Assembly (NCBI GenBank): GCA_028335865.1
Contig: JAOKTA010000002.1
Span: forward strand, 927 to 64,926
Reading direction: 5' to 3'
Origin: Nitrosopumilus sp.
GTDB taxonomy: Archaea; Thermoproteota; Nitrososphaeria; Nitrososphaerales; Nitrosopumilaceae
DNA length: 64,000 nt
Positions 9,831 to 19,329 of the stretch are shown in pieces. The notes under the pieces were generated by a model that saw only the letters and a list, made by a program, of their open reading frames with translations, was not told the DNA's origin and did not search any database. Each line of letters opens with the position of its first letter. The first letter of the stretch is position 1. The translations under genes were made by a program, and so were the position numbers.

Positions 9831-11110
9831 TTTTTCACCGACCTTAATGCAATACGATATGCATCTAATGTTTTGTTCAAATCATTTTGAGTATGAGCGT
9901 CAGACAAGAAAACAACTTCAAATTGAGAAGGCGGGATAAAGACGCCTTGTTTTAACAAAGTTTTGAATAATTTTTGGAATTTTTTTCCATTTGCTTTTTT
10001 TGATGTTTTGTAGTCAGTCACAGGCGTATTTGTAAAGAAAATTTGAAACATTGATGCTGTAAAATTGATCTGATGGGGAATTTTCATGTCAGTAGCCATG
10101 TCATCTAATTCTTTACAAAATAGTAAATTGAATCGTTCAAGTTTTGAGTAGAGTCTATTTTTAATTTTATTTATTGTCTTTATAGAACTAATTGCAGCAC
10201 TGACAGATACAGGATTTCCAGCAAATGTACTTGCTTGGTAAACATTTCCACCGGGAGAAAGTAAATTCATAATTTCTTTTTTACCACCAACTGCAGATAT
10301 TGTAAATCCGTTACTCAAAGCCTTAGCTAAAGTTGTAATATCAGGTTTAATGCCAAAATGTTCTTGTGCTCCACCAGGGGATACTCTAAAACCAGTAACG
10401 ACCTCATCAAAAATTAGTGGGATGTTATTTTCTTTAGTAATTTTTCTCATATCGGAAAGGAAGTTTTTTTCAGGTAGAATTAATCCCATGTTAGCTAAAA
10501 TTGGTTCGACTATAACACCCGCAATATCTTTATTTTTAGAAATTGTTTTTTGCAGATCTTCAGTATTGTTGTACTCTACAACCAGGGTATTCTTTGAGAC
10601 CTCATCTAATCCCCCATCAGAAACAGAAATGCCATTATGTGCAGAACCAGAACCTGCTTTAACTAAAACAGAATCATGTGCACCATGATAGCATCCCTCA
10701 AATTTAATAATTTTTTTCTTTTTTGTAAAACCACGAGCTAATCTAATTGCAGTCATTGTAGCTTCACCACCAGTATTCATTAATCGTACTTTATCCATAG
10801 AAGGAAAATTTCCAATAATTAATTTAGATAATTCAATCTCAGATGCAGTTGGAGTACAATACAAAGTTCCTTTTGATAGTTGTTTAGATACAGAATTCAT
10901 AATTTCTTTTCTACGGTGTCCTAAAAGTAAAGCACCGTAGGCATTGCAGAAATCAGTGTAACGCTTATTGTCTTCATCCCAAATGTATGCACCATTTGCT
11001 TTTTTTGTAAAAAATGGATAAGGTTCAAAATACCTAACAGGACTATTTACGCCTGAAGGAATTACTTTCTTTGAATCATTGAATAATTTTCTAGATGCAG
11101 ACATATTCAA
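9827..11110 (-). CDS. hemL: glutamate-1-semialdehyde 2,1-aminomutase
   Basis: GVNSPVR, FEGCYHG, FDEVVTGFR, TFAGNP (start may be ATG at 11104). Confidence 0.96.
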   Translation of the reverse strand: MNMSASRKLFNDSKKVIPSGVNSPVRYFEPYPFFTKKANGAYIWDEDNKRYTDFCNAYGALLLGHRRKEIMNSVSKQLSKGTLYCTPTASEIELSKLIIGNFPSMDKVRLMNTGGEATMTAIRLARGFTKKKKIIKFEGCYHGAHDSVLVKAGSGSAHNGISVSDGGLDEVSKNTLVVEYNNTEDLQKTISKNKDIAGVIVEPILANMGLILPEKNFLSDMRKITKENNIPLIFDEVVTGFRVSPGGAQEHFGIKPDITTLAKALSNGFTISAVGGKKEIMNLLSPGGNVYQASTFAGNPVSVSAAISSIKTINKIKNRLYSKLERFNLLFCKELDDMATDMKIPHQINFTASMFQIFFTNTPVTDYKTSKKANGKKFQKLFKTLLKQGVFIPPSQFEVVFLSDAHTQNDLNKTLDAYRIALRSVKN

Positions 11111-11814
11111 TCTACAATACGGTCATTATTATTCCTAATTTGAGCCCTTTGTGCTTGAAATTTTCCACGAAATAGAAATGCAGCAATTAAAGTGCCAATA
11201 AATGGTGCAGTCAAATATAGCCACAAATCACCAAAAGTTCCAGATAATAGTGCTGGCGCAAGTGCCCTAGCAGGATTCATAGATGCGCCAGAAATGAAAG
11301 CTAAAAATAAAATATCTAATGCAACAATTCCACCAATTGCAACACCACTAAATCCACGTAAACCTTTTGTATATACAACATAGAAAATTACACCCATTAA
11401 CATTGTAGAAGCTAAAACTTCTACGGGAAATATTATAAATATTGAAAAATCATGATTAGGTGCATTAGCTCCAAGATTTGCACTCTCCCCAATAAAATAT
11501 AAAACAAAAAGTGAACCCAATAAAGCTCCAATAATTTCTGCAATTAAATAATATAAAACTTGAATTTTTGTTATATGCCCTGTAACGTAATATCCAATGG
11601 TTACTGCAGGGTTGAAATGAGCCAAAGAAATTTTTCCAAAAGAATAAACTCCAATTAATAATGCAATAAATGGCGCAACCGCTGCAAAAGGAATTCCCAA
11701 ATCACCGTCAAAGAACTCAACGTCATAAACAATAGAACCGGTTGCAAAAACTACAAGAATAAAAGTTCCAATCAACTCTACGGTAAAAATTTGTAAATTA
11801 GAATAAGTCATCAA
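11107..11814 (-). CDS. MIP-family aquaporin/aquaglyceroporin (probable arsenite channel)
   Basis: Two NPA motifs (HFNPAVT, SMNPARA); downstream of arsC. Confidence 0.92.
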   Translation of the reverse strand: MMTYSNLQIFTVELIGTFILVVFATGSIVYDVEFFDGDLGIPFAAVAPFIALLIGVYSFGKISLAHFNPAVTIGYYVTGHITKIQVLYYLIAEIIGALLGSLFVLYFIGESANLGANAPNHDFSIFIIFPVEVLASTMLMGVIFYVVYTKGLRGFSGVAIGGIVALDILFLAFISGASMNPARALAPALLSGTFGDLWLYLTAPFIGTLIAAFLFRGKFQAQRAQIRNNNDRIVD

Positions 11815-12224
11815 TCATCACATTCAAGAGAATCAAGTAAAGTCAAAACATTATGTTTAATCTGATCACGAATTTTTCTTACATCGTCAAGAGATTTTCC
11901 TTTTGGATCATCCATATTCCAATCATCCACACCTTTTACAAATAATGATGGGCAGGATTCTTTATCCATGCACCCCATATTGACAGTTTTATTAGAATTT
12001 TTAATCATGGATGTTGACAATAATTGGGGTTGTTGATTTTTCAAATCAATTCCAATTTCATTCATTGCAGAAACAACAACAGGATTAAGATTGGGAGAGG
12101 GGTAGGTTCCAGCACTAATAACATTAAATTGGTTTTTAGCATATTTTTTAAAAAATGCTTCAGCCATCTGACTCCTTCCAGCATTTTCTACGCACACAAA
12201 TAGAATATTTTTAGGTAAATTCAC
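11811..12224 (-). CDS. arsC: arsenate reductase, LMW-PTP family
   Basis: CVENAGRSQMAE P-loop, MGC...CP, DDP; beside arsR and aquaporin. Confidence 0.88.
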   Translation of the reverse strand: MNLPKNILFVCVENAGRSQMAEAFFKKYAKNQFNVISAGTYPSPNLNPVVVSAMNEIGIDLKNQQPQLLSTSMIKNSNKTVNMGCMDKESCPSLFVKGVDDWNMDDPKGKSLDDVRKIRDQIKHNVLTLLDSLECDD

Positions 12225-12232
12225 AATATAAC

Positions 12233-12248
12233 ATAAATATTAGTTTAT
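12233..12248. promoter_or_regulatory. inverted repeat ATAAA-N6-TTTAT in arsC/arsR divergent promoter (candidate ArsR operator)
   Basis: Seen in 40-bp intergenic region; AT-rich so weak. Confidence 0.35.
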
Positions 12249-12264
12249 ATAAATTTAAATTGAT

Positions 12265-12564
12265 ATGAATGGAATTAGTCTTTTAAAATGTATTTGTGAT
12301 GAAACCAGATTTGAAATTTTAGAATTATTACAAAAAAATAATGAATTATGTGTCAATGATTTTGTAAATGAATTAAAAAAAGATCAACCACTAGTATCAC
12401 ATCATTTAAAGACATTAAAAAAATGTGGCATTGTCAAATCAAGAGATGAAGGAAAAAAAGCAATGTACATGATTTCAAGTAATCAATTATCAGAATTAAT
12501 CACAAAAGTTAAAAAAACATCAAAAGAAATGCCGAATCTTTGTTTAGACGAAGGATGTTGTTAA
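12265..12564 (+). CDS. arsR: ArsR/SmtB transcriptional regulator
   Basis: D.TRFEIL, ELCVND, QPLVSHHLKTLK, C-terminal CC. Confidence 0.9.
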   Translation: MNGISLLKCICDETRFEILELLQKNNELCVNDFVNELKKDQPLVSHHLKTLKKCGIVKSRDEGKKAMYMISSNQLSELITKVKKTSKEMPNLCLDEGCC

Positions 12565-12863
12565 AATTTTTCAGTACGCAATACGCCGACGTCACTAACA
12601 TAAAGCACTACAGCAAAATTTGCAAATAAAGTTCTAGAAACTTCCTCAACAACATCCTGCAACTTTTCTTCACGTAAAATTATTTCAATTTTAACATTTT
12701 TTTCATTTGTTAAACCCTCACTACGTAATCCACGTGCACCGCTACCACTTACCTCATAAGTTGTATAACCAGTAATTTTGTGCTTGCTTAGAATTTCTAT
12801 AATATTTTTTTGTGCAAGAATTTCACAAGTAATTGTAAGTAGCTTTACAGGATAAAGTTTCAT
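12561..12863 (-). CDS. sbtB: PII-like SbtB protein
   Basis: KLLTITCE, GYT..V.GSGARG, VLR.EKF; directly after sbtA. Confidence 0.85.
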   Translation of the reverse strand: MKLYPVKLLTITCEILAQKNIIEILSKHKITGYTTYEVSGSGARGLRSEGLTNEKNVKIEIILREEKLQDVVEEVSRTLFANFAVVLYVSDVGVLRTEKF

Positions 12864-13945
12864 ATTAAATCCTTTAACGAGTAACGGAATAAGTCTATCG
12901 ATCCTTCAGGATCATGCAATAATGAAGATACTGCAAACATGATTGGCAATAGGACAATGATATTGTATGGGAAAGTAATTCCCAACGCAGATGTAATGTA
13001 AAGACTAGGATTAGCTTGTGGAATTGCATTACGCAAAACAGCTGGAGCTGCAATAAATGAAGCACTGGCTAAAAGAAGTCCAAACATAACGGAGCCTCCC
13101 ATGCTAAGACCCATCAAAGTGGCAACTACAACTCCAATAATTCCATTAAAAGTAGGCATGATTATAGAAAATGAAATAAGAAAAATACCAACTTTTTTGA
13201 GATCATCCAATCTCTGACCTGCAATAATTCCCATTTCAATCATAAAAATCACAATTGCCCCGGTAAACAAATCATCAAAAACAATTTTGATAGGACCAAA
13301 CCCTTCCTTACCAATAATATATCCAATCACAATACTACCAAGTAAGATAACTATAGCTTTGCCAGTAACGGATTCACGTAGTATTTTGGAAAGTTTTACT
13401 TTTGTTTCGTTTAATCCAACATCAATATCAGATTTAGAATCAGTAGTGAAAGATTGTTTTTTAGCATTAATCTGTTTAGATACTGCCATATTTGTCAAAA
13501 ATATTGCCAAGATAAACGCAACAGGTTCTAAAACTGCTAAAACTGCTGCAAGATAACCCTCAGATGTCACTCCCTGATTTTTAAGAAAAGATAATCCAAC
13601 TGAAAAGGTTACAGCGCCTACTGCACCATAAGTAGATGCCAATGCATAAGAGTCAAAAATATTGAATTTTCCTAATTTACGTAAAATTTGATAATGGTTT
13701 AACGTAAACAACAATGAAAGTGCAATTGCAACCAGCATAGGAACAAGCATATTTTCAAATCCAGTAGTTCTCATCTGGATTCCACCGTGAAGTCCAATTG
13801 CCGCAAGAAGATAGATCGGTAAAAATTCAGATATCGCCTGTGGAATTTTTAAATCAGATTTTATTCTTGCTGCAATTATTCCAAATAGAAAAAATAGAAC
13901 TATCGGAGTAAGAAGATTCGATTGGATTAGTTGTAAAATATCCAT
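12860..13945 (-). CDS. sbtA: sodium-dependent bicarbonate transporter SbtA family
   Basis: KSDLKIP, YLLAAIGLHGG, YGAVGAVTF, ASASFIAAPA, LGITFPYN. Confidence 0.9.
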   Translation of the reverse strand: MDILQLIQSNLLTPIVLFFLFGIIAARIKSDLKIPQAISEFLPIYLLAAIGLHGGIQMRTTGFENMLVPMLVAIALSLLFTLNHYQILRKLGKFNIFDSYALASTYGAVGAVTFSVGLSFLKNQGVTSEGYLAAVLAVLEPVAFILAIFLTNMAVSKQINAKKQSFTTDSKSDIDVGLNETKVKLSKILRESVTGKAIVILLGSIVIGYIIGKEGFGPIKIVFDDLFTGAIVIFMIEMGIIAGQRLDDLKKVGIFLISFSIIMPTFNGIIGVVVATLMGLSMGGSVMFGLLLASASFIAAPAVLRNAIPQANPSLYITSALGITFPYNIIVLLPIMFAVSSLLHDPEGSIDLFRYSLKDLI

Positions 13946-13991
13946 TAGTAATGTTTGTGGAAAAAATTGCTGAAATAAAAATCAATGTAAA

Positions 13992-14979
13992 CTATACAAA
14001 GAGATGAATCAGATAAGTAAATCCAATTCCCAATCCAGCTGCACCAGGGATAGTAATTATCCATGAGAAAATAATTTGTCTGCTTACTTTCCATCTTACA
14101 GCTCGTTTTCGTCTAGCAGCACCAGATCCCATAATTGTTCCTGTAATAGCATGAGTGGTACTGGCAGGTATTCCCAATACTGCAAAAGCTGCCAACATTA
14201 TACCGCCACCTGTTTCTGCTGCAAATCCTTGATATGGTTTAAGTTTAGTAATTTTAACTCCCAATGTTTTGATTACTTTGTATCCACCAAAGAAAGTACC
14301 AAGTCCCATGGCAGCTGCTGCAGCAAAAATTACCCAAAGAGGTATGTCAAGTTCAGGAATCATTCCTGTAGAAAATAAAATTAAAGCAATAATACCCATA
14401 GTTTTTTTGGCCGTCATTTGCACCATGAGTTAAAGCAAACCATGCTGAAGAAATAATTTGCAATCTACCAAATGTTTTGTTTACAGGCGCAGGTTTACGA
14501 TTTGCAAATATTGTTATTATTAAGCCAGTTAACAAAAGACCAACAATTAGTCCTCCAATTGGAGCAATTACAATTCCTGCAAAGACTTTTGATAATCCAC
14601 CATAAACTAATTTTTCAAATCCTAATCCTGCAATTCCCGCACCCATTATTCCACCTACTAAAGAATGGCTATTAGAAATTGGCAATCCAAAATAAGTACA
14701 AAGTGTACTCCATCCAATTGCACCTGCCAATCCACCTATGATTATGTACACGGTAACGTCATCGGGTTGAACAATTCCTTTTGCAATTGTTGTTGCAACT
14801 GCAACTCCAAAAATTAGTGGACCAATGAAATTCATTATAGCAGATAAAGTTACAGCATGGAGTGGTTTTAAAACACGAGTCCCAATTACTGTGGCAACTG
14901 AATTTGCAGAGTCATTAAATCCATTTACAAAATCAAAGATTAATGCTACAATAATTGCACCTATTGCTATCTCTAACAT
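13992..14979 (-). pseudogene. pit: inorganic phosphate transporter (Pit family) split by a 1-nt frameshift
   Basis: GFNDSANSVAT in ORF 14353-14979 and KTMGII..PASTTH in ORF 13992-14426; HGANDGQKTMG is broken by an extra A in an A7 run (14402-14408); could be a sequencing error. Confidence 0.85.
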
Positions 14980-14988
14980 TCAATCATC

Positions 14989-15618
14989 TCAGGTATATTT
15001 CAGTACGATATCTTCAACAACATCTGCAACATCAACACATCTGTCTGAGGCAGTTTCCATCGTTTCGTAGATATCTTTTAGTTTGATGATTTTAATTGCA
15101 TCATCACTTTCAAATAGTTCTTTAATTGATTCCCGATACAAATCATCAACAGTGTGTTCAATATCACTAGTATTTCGGCAATGTTGAATCATATCTTTAG
15201 GATCTTTAATTCGTTGTAATTTTGAAACCATATATTCAACTTCTTTGGTAGCCTTAACCAACTCTATGGCCATTTCTTTACAGTATGGTGGAGGAGAAGT
15301 AATTTTGTAACTATACACTCTAGCAGCAATACCATCCATGAAATCAATCACATCATCTATTTTTGATGCAATTCTTTGCATGTCTTCACGATCTAATGGA
15401 GTAATGAAAGTTCTATTTAGTTCAGAAAAAATATCTCTTGTTAAAACATCGGCTTCTGTTTCAAGTCTATGAATTTTTTTAGATTGTTCAGCATTACTAA
15501 GGTCATCAAATAAAACAACAACCGCTTCAGAGGTTTCAACGGATTTTTTTGCTAAATTAGTTAAAAGTGATAAAAGTTCTTTTTCGTTGGATTTTACCCA
15601 TGATAACCATTGTCCCAT
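14989..15618 (-). CDS. DUF47 / PhoU-like phosphate transport regulator
   Basis: LETEAD, FITPLDRED, IEHTVDDLY, SDRCVDVAD; upstream of pit. Confidence 0.92.
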   Translation of the reverse strand: MGQWLSWVKSNEKELLSLLTNLAKKSVETSEAVVVLFDDLSNAEQSKKIHRLETEADVLTRDIFSELNRTFITPLDREDMQRIASKIDDVIDFMDGIAARVYSYKITSPPPYCKEMAIELVKATKEVEYMVSKLQRIKDPKDMIQHCRNTSDIEHTVDDLYRESIKELFESDDAIKIIKLKDIYETMETASDRCVDVADVVEDIVLKYT

Positions 15619-15728
15619 AATAACATCTAGTGTGTTTTGAAGTTAAGGTTCATCCTCATAAAGTATATTGTTCTATATAGAAACAGTTGATCGCAAATAT
15701 TTTTGTTTAAGGGTATTTTGAAAAAAAA

Positions 15729-16514
15729 TTAAAATGGTTTGTTTACTTCTCGAGTAAATACATAACTTGTAACGGCCACCATAGCAACTACAAATCCAAA
15801 CAGTACAGCAATACTGATCCATATAGGAACACCACCTTCAGAAACACCAGTCATTAATTCTCTAACCAGTAAAACAGTGTACGTAACAGGATTTAATTTG
15901 GCAATTACTGCAAGCCAGTTTGGTAATAATTCTAATGGGAATAATGCAGGACTCAACATGAATAATGGCATACCAAGTAAATTTATCATACCCCAAAAAG
16001 TTTCTTGAGACTTTGCAGTTGCTGCAAGACTTACAGATATTCCAGAAAAACCCAGTGAGAATAAAATAACAATCCCCATTATTGGAATAATCATTAATGG
16101 GTTTGGGAATGTAACACCAATTGCTAAAGCAATTCCAATAATCAAACTTGCCTGTAAGGCAGCAATTAAAGAAATAGCAGCCATTTTTCCCAAAGCAATT
16201 GCAGAACGTGAGATTGGAGAAGTCAATGCCTTGTTCATAAAACCATACCTTCTATCCCAAAGTGTGTTAACTCCACCAAAAATACTTGTAAAAATGGCTG
16301 TCAAAATAATAACACCAGGAGCCATAAATTCAATATATTCGCCTTCAAATCCTACAGATTGAATTAATGGTTGAGTTTCTGAAAAAATATTTCCAACTAC
16401 AATGATCCAAATAGCAGGTTGAATTAATCTAATTAAAACGCCACTTCTAGACTTTTTGTATCGCTTTAACTCACGCCAAAAAATCGTATACGTGTCATAC
16501 ATGATACTGTTCAT
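15729..16514 (-). CDS. ABC-2 type exporter permease (DrrB-like)
   Basis: Six TM segments, FMAPG, LPNWL...NPVTY. Confidence 0.9.
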   Translation of the reverse strand: MNSIMYDTYTIFWRELKRYKKSRSGVLIRLIQPAIWIIVVGNIFSETQPLIQSVGFEGEYIEFMAPGVIILTAIFTSIFGGVNTLWDRRYGFMNKALTSPISRSAIALGKMAAISLIAALQASLIIGIALAIGVTFPNPLMIIPIMGIVILFSLGFSGISVSLAATAKSQETFWGMINLLGMPLFMLSPALFPLELLPNWLAVIAKLNPVTYTVLLVRELMTGVSEGGVPIWISIAVLFGFVVAMVAVTSYVFTREVNKPF

Positions 16515-17509
16515 GCCCTCAACCTCTTCATTTTTGCATGTTCAATTTTTCGATTAAACTTTGACTTGTCATCTCTAATTTCATGTCCAGTGTAAGAAAT
16601 GAAAACATCATCAAGTGTGGGTTGTGTTAGAGATAGGGTAACAATTTTGATTCCAAGATCAGATGAAATTTGAAAAATTTTTGGAATAACTTCTGTTCCA
16701 TTTGAGGTAAAAAGAATTAATTTTAAATTTTCATCGTTAATTTTTTTAATAAATTCAATCTTGTTTAGCTCTGCTAAAAATAAATCATGATTGTCATTAT
16801 TTTCTATAACTAGTGAAATAATTTCATTACCCAAAGCATTTTTCATATTTTGAGGAGAATCAATAACTTGAATCTTACCGCCATCTATAATTCCAATTCT
16901 ATCACATAGGTTATCTGCCTCTTCCATATAGTGAGTAGTAAGAAAAATAGTCATATCAAATTCAATATGGATTTTTTTAATATACTGCCAAATTTTTCTT
17001 CTAGTTTGAATATCTAATCCAACAGTAGGTTCATCAAGGAACAAGACTTTTGGATGATGTAAAAGTCCTCCAGCAATATCTAATCTCTTTCTCATACCAC
17101 CAGAATATGTAACAACAGCTTGATGCTGTTTATCTGAAAGTTCAATTAACTCCAAAACTTCATCAATTCTTTTATTAATTTCATTTTTGGGAATATGATT
17201 TAATTTTGCTTGTAATAATAAATTTTCACGACCAGTAAGATATTCATCAACCGTAGTTTCTTGTTGAACAAAGCCAATATTTTCTCTAACATGTTTGGCA
17301 TCTTTCATGACATCAAAACCGGCAATCAAAGCTTTTCCAGATGTTGGTTTTAGTAAAGTAGTAAAGATCATCATTGTTGTACTTTTTCCAGCACCGTTAG
17401 GTCCCAAAAATCCAAAAATCTCTCCTTTTTCTACTGAAAAAGAAACATCGTTTACTGCAGTTAGATCTCCAAATGATTTAGTAAGAGATTTTGTTTCAAT
17501 TGAATACAA
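16511..17509 (-). CDS. ABC exporter ATP-binding protein (DrrA-like)
   Basis: GPNGAGKST, YSGGM, LDEPTVGLD, PTLDDVF. Confidence 0.95.
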   Translation of the reverse strand: MYSIETKSLTKSFGDLTAVNDVSFSVEKGEIFGFLGPNGAGKSTTMMIFTTLLKPTSGKALIAGFDVMKDAKHVRENIGFVQQETTVDEYLTGRENLLLQAKLNHIPKNEINKRIDEVLELIELSDKQHQAVVTYSGGMRKRLDIAGGLLHHPKVLFLDEPTVGLDIQTRRKIWQYIKKIHIEFDMTIFLTTHYMEEADNLCDRIGIIDGGKIQVIDSPQNMKNALGNEIISLVIENNDNHDLFLAELNKIEFIKKINDENLKLILFTSNGTEVIPKIFQISSDLGIKIVTLSLTQPTLDDVFISYTGHEIRDDKSKFNRKIEHAKMKRLRA

Positions 17510-17603
17510 TAATTCGATCTACCTTGGCAATTATAAATTGCTAAGTATTAGATCAGAAATTAATCATAAAAAATTTAAAAAGAGTATTTTGAGAACAAAA
17601 TAC

Positions 17604-17696
17604 ATGAAAGGATTGTGTCAAAAATGTCACTCATCAAATATAGAGATAACACTTGAGGATGGAATGCCTGTTTGTGTAAAGTGTGCAAAAAAGTAG
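17604..17696 (+). CDS. 30-aa zinc-ribbon microprotein MKGLCQKCHSSNIEITLEDGMPVCVKCAKK
   Basis: Two CxxC motifs; TTTAAA TATA-like box about 25-30 nt upstream. Confidence 0.65.
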   Translation: MKGLCQKCHSSNIEITLEDGMPVCVKCAKK

Positions 17697-17723
17697 AATT
17701 TAATAAAAAAGGATCTTAAAGAA

Positions 17724-18176
17724 TCATTCAATATTTTCGAATTCTTCTTTTGTCATCCCTAGGATAATTTTTTCACCTATTCCCCAAATTTCAGATTTGG
17801 ATAGAATTTTTGAATGCATCAACCCATGGCTTACTTCAATTGATTCCAATTCATCGGTGTCCGGATGTTTATGTAATCTTTTGACTTTACCAATTTTATG
17901 ATCATCAATATCGACTACGGGAATTCCAGTTCTCACAGGAGGTCTGCTAAGAAGTAGTCTCTCATCAGAGAATTTGTCGATGTAATCATGTGAAAGAAAA
18001 TAATCTTTGTTGAATCCCTGGTGAATAGTTACACCAGATACAGCAAGGGTTTCTTGATGAATGTGTATATGTTTGACTTTACCGTATTCGATTCCTTCTC
18101 TATCAATTACTTTTTTTCCAGTAAATGTATCAGCGGTGGTTATGTTTTCAGGCATTCCTTCTAACTTTACTGACAT
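17724..18176 (-). CDS. tandem PRC-barrel domain protein
   Basis: Two repeats of GKxV.D..G...GKV. Confidence 0.85.
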   Translation of the reverse strand: MSVKLEGMPENITTADTFTGKKVIDREGIEYGKVKHIHIHQETLAVSGVTIHQGFNKDYFLSHDYIDKFSDERLLLSRPPVRTGIPVVDIDDHKIGKVKRLHKHPDTDELESIEVSHGLMHSKILSKSEIWGIGEKIILGMTKEEFENIE

Positions 18177-18263
18177 ATCTCAGAATCGTAAAATTTCCTT
18201 AAAATATCAAATATTAGAAATTTCTATCAATGGGGTTAAATTACTTGACAGGGTACAGGGAGC

Positions 18264-18593
18264 ATGGAAATAGTTGAAGAGAGGTTCAGACCAATTTTAG
18301 TTACAAAGGGAAGAAAAACAGGGAAGGCTCATTCAGTATGGCTAAGAGCAGTAAAATATAATGAAAAAATTTATTTTTCAAGACATCGTCCAGATGGAGA
18401 TTGGTTTCAAAATGCAATGGTAAATTCAGAGGTAAAAATTCAATACAATAACACAGAATTCACAGGAAAGGCATCACTAGTTACAGATGAAAAACTAAAT
18501 CAAAAAATTTCGCAGTTAAAGTATCCAGGAGAGAAACGAGCTGACGAAAAAAGAGTCGCCATAGAAGTTACATTGGATTCAGATAGCAAATAA
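18264..18593 (+). CDS. deazaflavin (F420)-dependent nitroreductase-like split-barrel protein
   Basis: LVTKGRKTGK.H, DWFQN..N.V motif. Confidence 0.75.
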   Translation: MEIVEERFRPILVTKGRKTGKAHSVWLRAVKYNEKIYFSRHRPDGDWFQNAMVNSEVKIQYNNTEFTGKASLVTDEKLNQKISQLKYPGEKRADEKRVAIEVTLDSDSK

Positions 18594-18628
18594 AAATTTG
18601 CAGTGTACTAATTATAAAATAATCTTAA

Positions 18629-19201
18629 TTAGAAAATATCTTCATAAACAATTGTCTGGTTCTTTAATTGTTTATCAAGAGTTGGCAAATATTTCATTAT
18701 ACAGTAATTAACAAAATCACTAAATGAGCGAATTCGGTAATCAGATGCTAAAATTTCATGATGTTTATCATAATATTGTTCTAAATTGTATAGTGTTCTT
18801 TTTTGTAGTGGAACCAATCTATTACGTTTAGTAATAAATTTTGGAGTTACAGGAATTTCATCCTCAGATTCTACTTCAGACTCCCCCTTCAGAGTATTAA
18901 CATCAATTGTTTCTTGCATTTCAAAGACAAAAATTTTACTTTTGATTGATTTTGGAAGTCCTGAATTTTCAGAAATTATATCTACAACTTCTCGTGCAAC
19001 TTTATCAGACATTGCCAATTCAATTTTTGCAAGCATAGTAGATCGAACTACAGAGCCACCAACTCTAGATCCTTTTGATTGACTTGTAAATCTACTATCT
19101 TCTAAATTTCGTTTATCAATAATATCAATACCCAAAGCATCTAATTTTTCACGAATTGCAGGGTAATTTTTTCGGTTAATTATGGCTTCAATCTTTTTCA
19201 A
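18629..19201 (-). CDS. degenerate PII domain fused to a C-terminal ribbon-helix-helix-like domain
   Basis: MKKIEAII, KIEL, KIFV PII hallmarks; acidic linker; tail ...IRSFSDFVNYCIMKYL. Confidence 0.75.
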   Translation of the reverse strand: MKKIEAIINRKNYPAIREKLDALGIDIIDKRNLEDSRFTSQSKGSRVGGSVVRSTMLAKIELAMSDKVAREVVDIISENSGLPKSIKSKIFVFEMQETIDVNTLKGESEVESEDEIPVTPKFITKRNRLVPLQKRTLYNLEQYYDKHHEILASDYRIRSFSDFVNYCIMKYLPTLDKQLKNQTIVYEDIF

Positions 19202-19271
19202 TAATTTTGAGCATAACTATTATCTTTTTAAAGTTAATGATAATTTCATAATAATATAACTTGTAATCAAA

Positions 19272-19293
19272 TGCATATCATTTGCATATCATT
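19272..19293. promoter_or_regulatory. tandem 11-bp direct repeat (TGCATATCATT)x2 upstream of the PII-fusion gene
   Basis: Perfect duplicate seen; related copy at 21935-21956. Confidence 0.55.
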
Positions 19294-19329
19294 TTTACAT
19301 TAAATTAAATAAAATTATCATATTTGTGA

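Noticed and set aside
14401-14408. Programmed -1 frameshift at A AAA AAC in pit
   Set aside because: Restoring the frame needs a +1 shift (one extra base), not -1, so the classical slippery-site model does not fit
17295-17603. 133-aa plus-strand ORF 17295-17696
   Set aside because: Mostly antisense to the ABC ATPase; only the last 30 codons (from ATG 17604) look like a real gene
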